NCBI RefSeq assembly: GCF_006345805.1
Contig: NC_043013.1
Location: 26,102,001-26,166,000, forward strand
Reading direction: 5' to 3'
DNA: 64,000 nucleotides
Source of the DNA: Octopus sinensis
Lineage: Eukaryota
Part shown: piece after piece, positions 13,601 to 26,600 of the stretch
How positions within the stretch are numbered: position 1 is the stretch's first letter
How the letters are laid out: the number at the start of each line of letters is the position of its first letter
Made by a program: the position numbers and the translations under genes
The notes under the pieces: model-generated
Databases searched by the model: none
Seen by the model: only the letters and a program-made list of their open reading frames with translations
Told to the model about the DNA's origin: nothing

Positions 13601-16600
13601 ACAGATAAGTTTTCACACCAGTATTGGGGCAAAGATTTCAGTTATTAACTCATGAACTGTTATAAACTTGAATCAAGTTTTGTGTTTGTAACATAATAAA
13701 TGAGAATACCCAAAGCCTTATTGCCACAGATCCAGAAACCTTTGTGTAGTATCAAGGGTAAATGTACTTGATGAGCCCCTTCTAGCTATTGATTGAAAAT
13801 TATGAACATAATGCTCATTATCTTTAGGGGAAGTAAAATAAGATTTGTGACAGTTATGTCTCTGTCAGAACAGTATGAATGGTACAAGTAAAGGGAAGTG
13901 AGTGCAACTATGAATCAATATTGTGTCATACACTTGGCCATAAGAGTTTATCACAACTCTAAAACCTAAACAATATGCTTACCAAATACCTGGAATATAA
14001 ATTTTAAAAACAAGGGTTTTTTTGCTTGCATAGAATGAATTGAAAATAAAATAGGAAGCCTTAAAATGAAAAAAATCTTTTCTAAACATTTCTTAATATT
14101 TTACCTGTATTTTCCAGAAAATACTATTATTCAAATCCCAAATTCTCACAATTTTCAGATTTCACTCATCTCAAGTTTCAACACATTTTCAGCTTGAGAT
14201 TCTGAGTTCAAATCATGCTGGAATTATCTTTGACTTTTATGCTTTTTAGTGTAGATAAGATAATTATTGACAAAGAAGAGAATTGGTTCAGTTTAATGTA
14301 TCAAACTATATAATATAAAACTGGTTTCATGCCTTTTAAGAAATCCAGTTATTTAGAATTCAGGAGGTGACTAAGATTTCAAGGGACCAAAATCTATTGT
14401 TTACAGTATTTTATCCCTAATTTACTTATCTTATTTCCAGATTTGACAAAAGAAATATCACTGGCATCAATTCATTCTTAATCTACTCAAGCATTTTTGT
14501 TTTATTCGAGATGTGAAGTTTTATTCCATTGGAATCAACTTTGTGATTAACGAATCAGGGCCAACAAAATGTGCACTATGTTCTCAAGTGTATTTGTTCA
14601 ACTGCATCCTATCCTTAATCTTATAAAAATTGTACTTTTTTCCCCCAACGAAAATTGTTTTACAAGTGTCAGAACATTAGCTTAATGCATATAAATTTAA
14701 AAGTGAAATCACTTACAAATTCTTGTTACTGTCAGATTTATTTTGCCTTGCGATGTAAGAATCAACCATCTGATCTTCCCAGAGAATTAAATCTTTTTCT
14801 TTTTCTTTTTCCAAATCGGTTTTATATGTCTTTGCTGTGAAAGAAATGTATAGCAAATATTAATTATAGTGAAAGTTATTCCACATAAGCTGTACTGGTT
14901 CGAGTGTCAAGATAACACATATGTTATGGTTAAGGAGTGTAGTTGCAGCTCTAATGTACTACAAGAGATTATGAAGTGTAGCAGTGAAGGAAAGATATAA
15001 TTGCAGTGGCTGTAGAGTACACTGGTAATGGCTATATAATGTTGCAATAGCTATAGTGTGTAGCATGTAACCTGTAGACAATGCAGTGGCTATATAATGT
15101 AGAGGTAATGCAAATATATACATATAACTGCTGTGGAGTTAAAACATAGATAAGGTTGTGGTAACTAGGACATAGTTTTAAAAAGAGATTGTCGTACTAG
15201 TTATTGAATGCAGTGCTAAGATAAATTTGCATTTGCTATGAAGTGTAGGAATAATCCATTAAATACAAGAAAAGTTTGGATTGTCCTTGAAGACATTAAA
15301 CCAGAATAATGTTGTAGTGTGTTATTGAAGTATAGCAATAACATATGGATATTTAAGTGGAATTTGTGTATCATTGTAATTCACAATTATCAGATCTGAC
15401 AAGTCTAAATATGCTGAAAGTAATGGACTCTTCCAATGAGAATGATTCCCTAATCATGTGAGAAAAAGTTCAAGTTGCAATAAGATGAGTGGAAGATGAA
15501 AAGTCAGTAGGTGTTGGCAATATCCCTGCTGAACTGTTGAAACAAGAAGGAGAGGTCACAATACCCATCTGTAATAAGATCTGACAGACAGGGGATTGAC
15601 TGATACTCTCATCTCAATTTCTGATCATATTGCTTCCTAAGAAAAGCAATCTCCAACCATATCAGAATAATCATGGCATGTGTAAGCTCAGTCAAACAAA
15701 CACGTCCAATGTTCAAAGCAATCTTTGATGGACTGATGCTTCAGACAGAATACATCATAGTTGTAGAACAAGTAAGCTTTCATAAAGCTAGAAGAACTAC
15801 TGAGCAGATCTTTCACATTTTCATCCTCTGCAAGAAATACCTTTAGCACCACGGAGAATTAGACTGTATTTTCTAAGACTTAAAGAAAGAATTTTATAGA
15901 GCTTGCAATGAAACACTTTGAAGAAATTCCACAAGAGGCACAAGCTGGTTAATTACATTTCACAGCTTTATGCCACGACAACCAGTTCAGTACTCATGCA
16001 AGACACAATCAGGATGACGGGTCCACAACACCATAGGAGTCCACCAAAGTTGCTTTCTTTCACCCAATATCTTCAACAACTTGGAGCATATTATCATCAA
16101 TGCCTATATGAACAGATCATATGAACAGAGTCAACATCAGAGCGGAGAGCATCACAAACCACAGATTTGCTGACAACATCGATAAGCTGGTAAGAAAGGA
16201 GGATCAATGAGTCAATCACCTTGATAAAGCCTTTACAACTTTGGACTGGAAATCATTACAAAATGTCCAAAGTCATTGAAAATGCTAATGATATCTTCAC
16301 AACAGATACTTCTATAAAAGGTCATAAACCAGAGATAGTATAACATGTCAAATAACTGAGAGTAATCATTAATGAAAACGAACCACACAAAACAGCTTAA
16401 CAGATAATGATTTCACTAAATTAAATGAAGGCAATATAGAAAGATAAACGTATCATTATGATAAGAAATATCTGATTCTACATGCACTGGTCCTTCCCAA
16501 CTTTTCGTATCCATGTGAGATGCAAATACTCACTGTAGAAACACAGATGAAGATACAGGATATGAGGTTCTACTGAAACATCTTGGGCATTTTAAACACA

Positions 16601-19600
16601 GACCACTGCATAAATGAGTAGGTTCATAAAACAATCCAGCTTCAAATTTCGTTTCTTAAAGATAAAAGCAAGAAAAGAAAGCTAAAATGGTATGGCCAGT
16701 GGTCTTGCAAAGATTACTAAATCTTCTTTTTCAAAGAACTGTGGTCTTGCAAAGATTACTAAATCTTCTTTTTCAAAGAACTGTGGTCTTGCAAAGATTA
16801 CTAAATCTTCTTTTTCAAAGAACTGTGGTCTTGCAAATTTTACTAAATCTTCTTTTTCAAAGAACTGTGGTCTTGCAAAGATTACTAAATCTTCTTTTTC
16901 AAAGAACTGTGGTCTCGCAAAGATTACTAGATCTTGTTTTTCAAAGAGCTGTGGTCTTGCAAAGATTACTAAATCTTCTTTTTCAAAGAGCTGTGGTCTT
17001 GCAAAGATTACTAAATCTTCTTTTTCAAAGAGCTGTGGTCTTGCAAAGATTACTAAATCTTCTTTTTCAAAGAACTGTGGTCTTGCAAAGATTACTAGAT
17101 CTTGTTTTTCAAAGAGCTGTGGTCTTGCAAAGATTACTAGATCTTGTTTTTCAAAGAGCTGTGGTCTTGCAAAGATTACTAGATCTTGTTTTTCAAAGAG
17201 CTGTGGTCTTGCAAAGATTACTAGATCTTGTTTTTCAAAGAGCTGTGGTCTTGCAAAGATTACTAGATCTTGTTTTTCAAAGAACAACGGTGGGAAAATT
17301 ATGTAGAAGGAATGAAAGATGTATGACTAACATGACAAAATGGATCCCAGGTCTGATACAATACCACATCAGATAGAAAAGTTTGGTGAACTGTAAGTCC
17401 TAAAGTACTCCTATGTCACCATCAGAGGTTGAGGTCTCAGGCAATCAACAGAGTGGTAGTACAAATATTATGATGTAGTTACTAGATTGTTTAGTGCTAA
17501 CAAACAGGTAAGGATGTAGTGACTGTGGAATGCACTTGAATATATAAGAGTTTATGAAACATAATGGCAACACAAAGAGTTATAGAGGCAATGCAAGGAA
17601 TGGTAATAAAGTGTAGTGGTTATGAAGAAGATTGGGCTGTTGTGGCTATGGATTATAATGGTAATACCCCCAAAATATTTTAGTGGAACCTTTGCTATGG
17701 CTAACTGATGTTGCTATGACTAACAAACAAGTTCATTGCATATACCTACGTTGTGTAGCATATTGATACAAAATATCGCTAACAGTAAAAACTGTATCCA
17801 ATAATATGCAGAAGTACAAATTTGGAAAATCACAAATAATAGAAATAAAACAAGGAAAAAGGTATTTACAAAATGCAGATTTTCTATTAGGTTGTTTACG
17901 ACTTGCTTTTTCACACAGATAGCGACAGGCCTGGTAGATGTTACAGAGCAGTATGAAAGGAGGAGGCAGAGGAGGGCGGATAGAGAACTCAAAGATTAGT
18001 TCATATCTTTGGAAGGACCAATGGAGACGACTTTTTTCCTGCACTCTTTGAAAAGTATTACTGAAAATAAAAACCAAAAAACATTACAGAACAGAATTTA
18101 TTTCCATTTTGAGCTTTCAATAATATTAAATTAAACCCTATTTTAAAAGAATCAATCAACAACAAACAAATTAAATTTATTTCTATTTAATACATATTGC
18201 ATCAATACATATAGTATCAATATTTCTATATATTTTCAGGGCCTCTGCCAGTCAACATTGAACATACATCTTCGCATGTATAACCAAATCCAGGCAAAAT
18301 ATTTTTAGGGGAGTGGACAGTTGCCCATGCATCCATACTGCTGATGTTTATTAACAGAAAAAATTGCCAAATTGGGCCAATGCAGCTTGATGTTGTTACA
18401 GGCTTTGCAGGGGGAATGCAAATACAGAACAAATACTGCAAGGTAACTTGCCTGACATTCTAAAAGCTATACAACCCTGGATAAGTACATTTTCTTTTGT
18501 GACACAGTAATGGTGAAAGGTAAAGTTGACCTGGGTGGGATCTGAACTCAAAGTGCAGAAGGTTAGAACAAATATTACGAGGTACTGTGCCCAACAATCA
18601 GGAACAGTCATTTTGGTGACAAAGAAAGATACCAGTTGTTGGAGCTCTTTAATCATGAAATAATTTAAGTTTGTGTAAGCTTCATTCATCTCAGTGAATT
18701 TTTCAACTACTTTATATAACTTGTAGAAGGATTTTCTCAGACTTTTTATTTTTTATAGCACTGGAGTACATCTTGATTCAAATGCAAAGAAAAAGCAAAA
18801 TGAGAAGACTACTTACTCTATTTTAGTTAACAGACAGATTTGGTAGTACTGTTGATGTTATTATTTGTATCAATATTTATGCTGTTGTTGAAGGAAAGTA
18901 ATTTCTTTTTTTTTAAACTCAGTCTGAATACCTGTCATTTACCAGTTATTTCTCCCATTACCAGGAACCACTTCTATTGACTTCCACCCTTCATTCTTAA
19001 AATTCTCACTCTCTCTTCACATTTTATAATGATCAGCATTTTGTGCCTCCAATTATCTCTCAATTTCTCCTGAACCATTTCCTATTGACCCACCCCATCA
19101 CCATACATCTCTTACTCTCCCCACACATTCTTGCAACCTAGCCATCATCTCCCTTTCCTTCACCATTCTCCTGTTTACAGCATTATTACTATTCTGCTGC
19201 TCTTCGTCCTTTCTCTATTGCCCGACATCACTTACCCTCCCCTATCTTCCCTCCAACTCATTTATCATCAACCACTCCTCCAACCTTGTTCACTATTCAC
19301 TTTCTTTATCCCCACCACTATCCCATCTCTCCCCATACATTCTAGTTACCTCTTCCCACCCCTCTTCCTATTCTTCTGTGCTCCCTTCTCTCTTCTCTTT
19401 ACCTTGTATCTTGATGGAACCCTGACAACTCCCCACTTCCATCTTTATCTCACTTTCCAACTCTACCCTGATTACTCTCATCCATTCTTATATAACATGA
19501 GGTAGCCTTGTATTTCCTCTGCAGCCAAACACCCATTTCTGTCCTTTCTTTCACACCTTTACCTCTCACTACCTGGCATAAAGCTGCCGCTTTTCTTTTC

Positions 19601-20373
19601 TATAGCCCCAGTCATTCAAGGAAGATTCTAGATTTGTGAGTTAAATAGCAGCCTCACTAGTACTGATGCACTCAGTAAATTTAGAGAAGTGGTTAGCATT
19701 AAGAAGAGCATCCAACCATAGAAACCATGATAAAGCAGACATTGGAACATAATGCAGTCCTCCAACTCATTGGAGGAGGAGGAGGAGGAGGAATGAACTC
19801 CTACTGATAAGCAGAAAACCTTTTGTGTCGTGTTCTATTGTGATAGAGATGTGCAAATTACTTGGATGCGTATTCCTGGTCATCAGTTATTTTCTAACAT
19901 TTCCTTTCCAACTCGCATGATTTTTCTGCTTTGTGTTTCTATATACTTGATTCATGGATGCACTTTGATGCTTGGTGATTACAAGATACTTTGAATGGAA
20001 TCTCATTTGTCCTTCAAAGATTGCTTTAATTGATGGCAAACCATTGCCTCCTTATTTGCATTTTAGGTAGAAGCTATCGATATCACTATTGATGTGGAAA
20101 TTTCCTGTGACCCATGATGTCTTCATCAAAACTTCTCAACAAAAACATGTCCACAGCAATTATGAACAGCATTATACAACCCTGTGATATTTTATCTTAT
20201 CAGTAACATATACCTGTATATAGCCTATATTTAATTTCCTAATCACCAAGAATTTAGCAAGGCCTCAGTGAGACAGTAACCAAACACTTTCTGTGCCATC
20301 ACACTTCTGACATTACAGTTTCACTGTGTAGATGTTTCTCAGTAAATCTCCAAATCCCTTTCATTTTAGTTAC

Positions 20374-20434
<61 letters not shown>

Positions 20435-22371
20435 CGCACATGCTATACTTCATATTCTAGCATACAACGACCAGTAACCAAGTCAGTATCAGTCACATTT
20501 CTGCCAATACCAGCCAATTTGACATTAGAGTGTACAATTTAAGATCCATAACTAGTATCCAATATATCAACTTTTTGTTTTTATAAAGGTCGCTGACAAT
20601 CAGGTGTCTTCTCGGTGTTTCCTCTTCTGAAATTCTCCAATCACATTTTTAAGGAATTCACCATTGATACTGATGCAATATTCAGAACAATATTTCTTTC
20701 AGAATTCTTCTGGCTATATAATAACCTGGTTAAACTCATTTTTGTCTCCAGAATGAATCTGCATCATCCAGAGAAAGAGCCTCTGTTTTTATTGACTAAC
20801 CCTTCGTCTCTATAAACACTAGTAACTGATTCTGACTGAATCTCTTGTTAATTTCTTTGTTTTTTTCATTTATTCTCTTCTGAGGAAAGGGTTTCATACT
20901 GGTAGCTTTTAATTCATGGTTATGGGCAATCAAGGGTTTTCATTTTTATCATCTCTAAACATGTTTCTTAATTTATTTTTTAATTTTTGTCGATTAGAAG
21001 TGTTGTTAATTGCTTGTTTGAATTTGATGTGTATCATCGCATAATTAATCATCTTACATTTTTCTAATCCATGGTGGTACTTTTTGCATTTTATTGGTTT
21101 GTCAATGTTTAATTCTTTAATGTTTTAATGAGACTGTTTAACAGTACCCAGTACATATGAATATATTTAGAGGTGGGATAAGAGAGAGAGAGAGAGAGAT
21201 GAGGAGCAAGAGGCTAATACAGCATACATTAACTGATGAATTTTATAAAAAATTTAGTGTCAGTAACATTCTGGATTTTGTCACAACAAATTGAAATATA
21301 TTTTATTAATTCAAAAATGAAAGTTAATGTCTTTAATAATAATAGTTTTTTCATATGTTTCTATTTTATTTTCATTGCAATTATTCAAAAATGTAATCCA
21401 GTAACTATAGTTACCCACTTATTAAAACTTCATTAGCACATATATTCACACATATTTCAAGGAAAAGTTCTTACCTGAACATGGCAATCAGTAAATTGAG
21501 AAGTAAAATATTTGTTAGTAAAATATATATACACATCAAAATTGGTGCAATGTATAATCCAAGTTCAGAAGGACATGTGCTGTTGCTCGCATCACAATTT
21601 TCTGAAACAAAGCCAATGAAAAATCATTAAATATTATAACAATTATAATCATATTATAATAGCATCTTAAACTTTTACTTAAGAAATCTTCCTCTAAGTA
21701 AGGTGTTGGCAACACGATTTTTGTGAGTTGTTATGAAACAGTCAAACAGTAATAAATTGGAGCCTGGTACTCTTGCACGAATTCTCTATTGTAGGAAATT
21801 ATTATTATTATCATTGTTATTAAGTGTAAGGAACCCCTTTGGTCAAGAATGACCATAGGATTGCACCTAGAAAGTTTTCCTCCTAGGCACAAGTCCAAGC
21901 AAGGTTGTTTATGGAAAACCAGCAGTCACCCATGCATACCAGCCCCCCTTTCTTATCCATGCCACTTATATTATCCAAGGGAAAGGCAAAGGCCAATACA
22001 GCTTGGCACCAGTGAGAACTAATAAATGTTTTAATGAAAAACTGGCATTTTGTCAGCTATGATGATGAGGGTTCCAGTCAATCCGATCACTGGAACAGCC
22101 AGCTCATGAAATTAGCCTGCAAGTGGCTGAGCACTCCATAGACACATCTATTCTTAATGTAGTTCTCATGGAGATTCAAGATGACACAGAATGTGACAAA
22201 ACTGGTCCTTTGAAATATAGATACTACTCATTTTTGCCAGATGAGTGGACTAGAGCAACTTGAAATAAAGCGTCTTGCTCGAGAACACATTACACAACCC
22301 AGTCCAGGAATTGAACTCACGATCTTATGGTCATAAGCTCACTCTCTAACCACTGAGCCATGTGCTTTCAC

Positions 22372-22409
<38 letters not shown>

Positions 22410-23566
22410 TATTATTATTATTATTATTATTATTAGTTTTCTTCTTTTTTAATTTTGTTCCCATTTCTTGCCGAGTGTCTTCCCAACACCTATAGTAAAG
22501 AAACTTACATTGATAGGCCATTAAAATAAATACTCCAAGTTGTTCATTTACAAAATCAAGTTATGTGAAAGAATAAAAAGAGAAGAAATGGAAAAGAAAG
22601 AAAAAAAGATATTCATCATCATCATCATTTGACAATTATTATTATTAATAAGGTGGTGAGCTGGCAGAATCGTTAGCATGCTGGGTGAAATGCTTAGCAG
22701 TATTTCATCTGCCATTACATTCTAAGTTCAAATTCCTCTGAGGTCAACTTTGCCTTTCATCCTTCTGGGATCGATAAAATTACTACCAGTTATACACAGG
22801 GGTTGATGTAATCGACTTAATCCCTTCCCACAAATTTGAGGCCTTGTGCTTCCAGTAGAAAGGATTTTTATTTTTATTATTATTGTTATTATTATTATTA
22901 TAAAAGAAGCAAGCTGGCAGAATCGTTAGCATGCCAAGCAAAATGCTTAGTGGTATTTTGTCTGTTGCTGCTACTTTGTCTTTCCCCTTTTTGCAGTCAA
23001 TTAATTAAGTACCAGTTGAGCATTGGGGGTCAATGTAATCAACTTCAACCCTTCCCCAAAATTTCAGGCTTTGTGCCTACAGTAGAAAGGATTATTATTA
23101 TTATTATTATAAAGCCGGTGAGCTTGCAGAATCATTAGCACACCAGACTAAATGCTTAGCAGTATTTCACCCATCACTACATTCTGAGTTCAAATTCCAA
23201 TGGAGTCATCTTTGCCTTTCATTGTTTCAGGATCAATAAATTAAATACAAGTTGAAACACTGGGGGCAATGTGACCAACACATCTCCTCTCCCAAAATGG
23301 CTGCCCTTGTGGAAAAATTTGAAGCCATCATTATTATTATTATTATTATCATCATCATCATCATTATTATTATAATAAAAGCAGTGAGCATGTCGGACAA
23401 AATGCTTTGTGGTATTTCACCCACTGCTACATTCTGAGTTCAGATCCCACCGAGGTGGTCTTTACTTTTCAGGGTCAATAAATTAATTACCAGTGAAACT
23501 CTGTAATTGACTAGTTCCCTCCCACCAAATTTCAGGCCTTGTGCCTTTAGTAGAAAGGATTGTTAT

Positions 23567-23604
<38 letters not shown>

Positions 23605-26600
23605 TAAAAGGATTCTTCTTCTCATTGTAAAAATAATAATCATTTTATTGTAATTATTACGACCGACATGTTGGCGGCAAGGTTGGCCCTCAACCAACAC
23701 TTTGACGCCAAACACGAAGGCTGCGTTGTTAGAGCTAAGGCACATTCGCTAAGCGGGGAGGGGACTAGAGCCGCTCGATGGGCCCGCGTGGCGGAGGCGA
23801 AGCGAGGCAACAAAGCAACCATTCGATCTTTGGTGGACCAGAACGGGCGCGAGGTTACTGAACCGAAGCAGATGTGTACGGTGTTTCAGCGGCACTTTGC
23901 TCAACTGTTTGAGACGAGCGGTGGAACGCACAATGGTGCAGACTTCGGTGTGTACCTGGACAGCCTACCACAACTCTCGGACAGCGAGGCAGAGTGCTGC
24001 GAAGGACCGATATCTGCCTGGGAAGTGGAGGAAGCGATGAAGAGTTGCACGAGAGGTAGATCGCCGGGTTTGGATGGTCTGCCCTATGAGCTTTACACTT
24101 CAATGCCAGACTTGTTTGCGGGCCTGTTGGCAAACGTCTACTGCAACTGGCAGCAAAACGGGAGAATTCCTGCTTTTGTCTGTCGAGGGGTGGTGGCTTT
24201 GCTAAAAAAGGACCCAAACAAGGGGGATGTTATAGGGAATTTTCGGCCCATCAATGCAGAGTTGAAGATTTTGGCCAAGGTGCTAGCCAAGAGATTGGCG
24301 CTTGTCATGGACAAGCTGGTCGGCAAGACGCAGACATGCGCCGTGCCAACCAGGTCGATACACGACAACCTCCATCTCATGCGCTACATCATAGAGAGGG
24401 TGGGTAACAACGCTGGTGCAGGTGGGGCTTTGATCAACTTAGATCAGAGTAAAGCCTTCGATAGGGTCGACCATTGGTACCTGGCAGCCGGCTTCGGTCC
24501 AGTCTTCCGCGGGTGGATCGCTGCTTTATACAGCAACATCTGCTCGGTGATACGGGTGAACGGTCACCTTTCGGAACCGTTCGACATCTCGCGTTCGGTC
24601 CGCCAAAGATGCCCTCTCTCCTCCCTCTTGTACATATTGACTCTCGAGCCATTACTGCGCAAGTTGGAGGCTTTGAGGGGTATCCCACGCAATCTAGGAG
24701 GCGGAAACAGCATGTCTGCCTATGCCGACGACGTCACCGTGATGGTGTTGAGCCACAGGCACATTGGCCTGATTGGCAAGACACTAAACGAGTACGAAGC
24801 GGTGACAGGGGCAAAGATTAACGCGGAAAAGTCTGTGGGCTTGCAACTGGGCACCTGGAGAGGCAAGCCCATGCTGTCCAACAGCGTCGTAGGGCACTGG
24901 ACAGACGGACCCGTTAAACTGCTCGGGGTCTGGCTCGGTCCGGACCGCCAGGTGGATAAAAACTGGGAAGAAGTGACGAGCATGGTGGCACGTCTCACCC
25001 AGAAATGGGCTGAGAGGAAGCTGTCCCTGAAAGGTCGAGTGGAGGTGGCGAATGCATACATCGCATCCATCATCTATTACCGCTTGACTGTCGTCCCTTG
25101 TCCCAACCACTGGTTGGCCAAGCTGGTACGCCTGCTCTTCGACATTTTGTGGAAGGGTCAGGTGCCACTGGTCAGGCGATCCATCTGCTGTCAACGACCG
25201 CTGAACGGAGGCCTTGGCATGCCGTGGTTACAGATGCACAGACATGCGCTCAGGCTGCGACATCTCAAGCGTTTCCTAGATGGTGATCAGGTGTGGTCGT
25301 CTTTTGTCAGACGTGACTTTCCACAGCTCGTCTCTTTGACAGAGCTGCAGACCTGGATCAAACGTAGACCGAGAAAGGGCGCTTGGCACCTCGAGTGCCG
25401 TCGAGCTCTCTCCACCCTCCGCCAGGCGGGCAATGCGATCGGTTTCAGCTCCACTCTAGCGTTCTATAGAGGGTTTGTGGAGGAAAAATGCGACGACGTT
25501 CTCGGGGAAACTCTAGGGGTTGACGATAACGAACTGAGCGGTCTGTTCGGGAGGGCTTTCGGGCTGGGGCCGATGGACAATTTCCAGAGGTCGCTCACCT
25601 GGCAGTGCTACTGAGGGGCTCTGCCTGTTCGGGATAAACTCTACCGGCACGGAAGTGCCGTCAGCCGAGCCTGCCCGAGGTGTTGCCAGGATGACAAAAC
25701 CGTTCAGCATGCACTCGTCCAGTGCCCTAGTATTGCTGAACTATGGGTTTATGTCGAACAGCTACTGTCACGTGTAGGACGGATCTGGCTATCGGCCGAA
25801 TCCATAATGAAGATTGCCCCGCCGACCTCCTTTAACAAGGAGGGTGAAGCTGTTTCCCTGTGCCTAGTGGCTGTGGCTAAAGAGGTTGTATGGTGGACCC
25901 GTTTGAAAGGGCTAAAGTCAGACACTTTCCTCTTTGGACAAGGCCTCATCAACTTTTTCAAGTTTCATTTGAAAAGGAAGATGAGGTTAGAGAGGAGAGT
26001 GCTGTCCAATAGCAAGTTTTCTGAAAGGTGGGTGAATTGTGCGAGAATGGCCAGTATAAATGGACCAATTCTCAGGTTTCGCCTGTGATTGAAAAAGGTT
26101 TTATAAAAGGAGAAAGGGGCTCTCTACCCCCCTTTTGACCAGGCTCCTGTTGGCTTTTATGGGGTTTTTTCCACCAGGAACCTTTCGAAGCACCTCCCCC
26201 TATTGGGAGTTTTTTTCATTGTTATAATCTTTCGTTGTTAAACAGTTTTTACTCGGATTTTTTCAAAAACAGACAAAACCCTTTGTAACCTTTCGTCCTG
26301 TTTTGTCCCTTTATGTTTCCTAATCATGTGTGTCAGCCCTTGTGGCCAATAAAAAGAATTAATTATTATTATTATTATAAAGGTGGCAGAATTGTTAACA
26401 CAGCAGGCAAAATGCTCAGCAGCATTTCAGCCTTCCTGTTCTGGATTCAAATTCCAATGAAGTCATCTTTGCCTTTCATCCTTTCAAGATCAATAAATTA
26501 ATTACCAGTTGAGTACTGGGATTGATGTAATCAGCTAGCCCTCTACCTCAAATTTCAGCCCTTGTACTTATAGTAGAAAGAATTATCATCATCAATGATG

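Noticed and set aside
13983-13989. 7-nt microexon-like GTATTTG (ccag / gtaagc)
   Set aside because: It would shift phase 2 to 0 and break the join to exon 9045-9168, which needs phase 2.
16682-17376. Three 200+ aa ORFs with 14-aa repeats; superficial CRISPR-like periodicity
   Set aside because: The unit is 42 bp (a multiple of 3) and stop-free in several frames. There are no unique spacers or cas genes, and the context is a eukaryotic intron.
18240-18442. Plus-strand segment with ttttcag and aag|gtaact
   Set aside because: Stops in all three frames; no partner exons.
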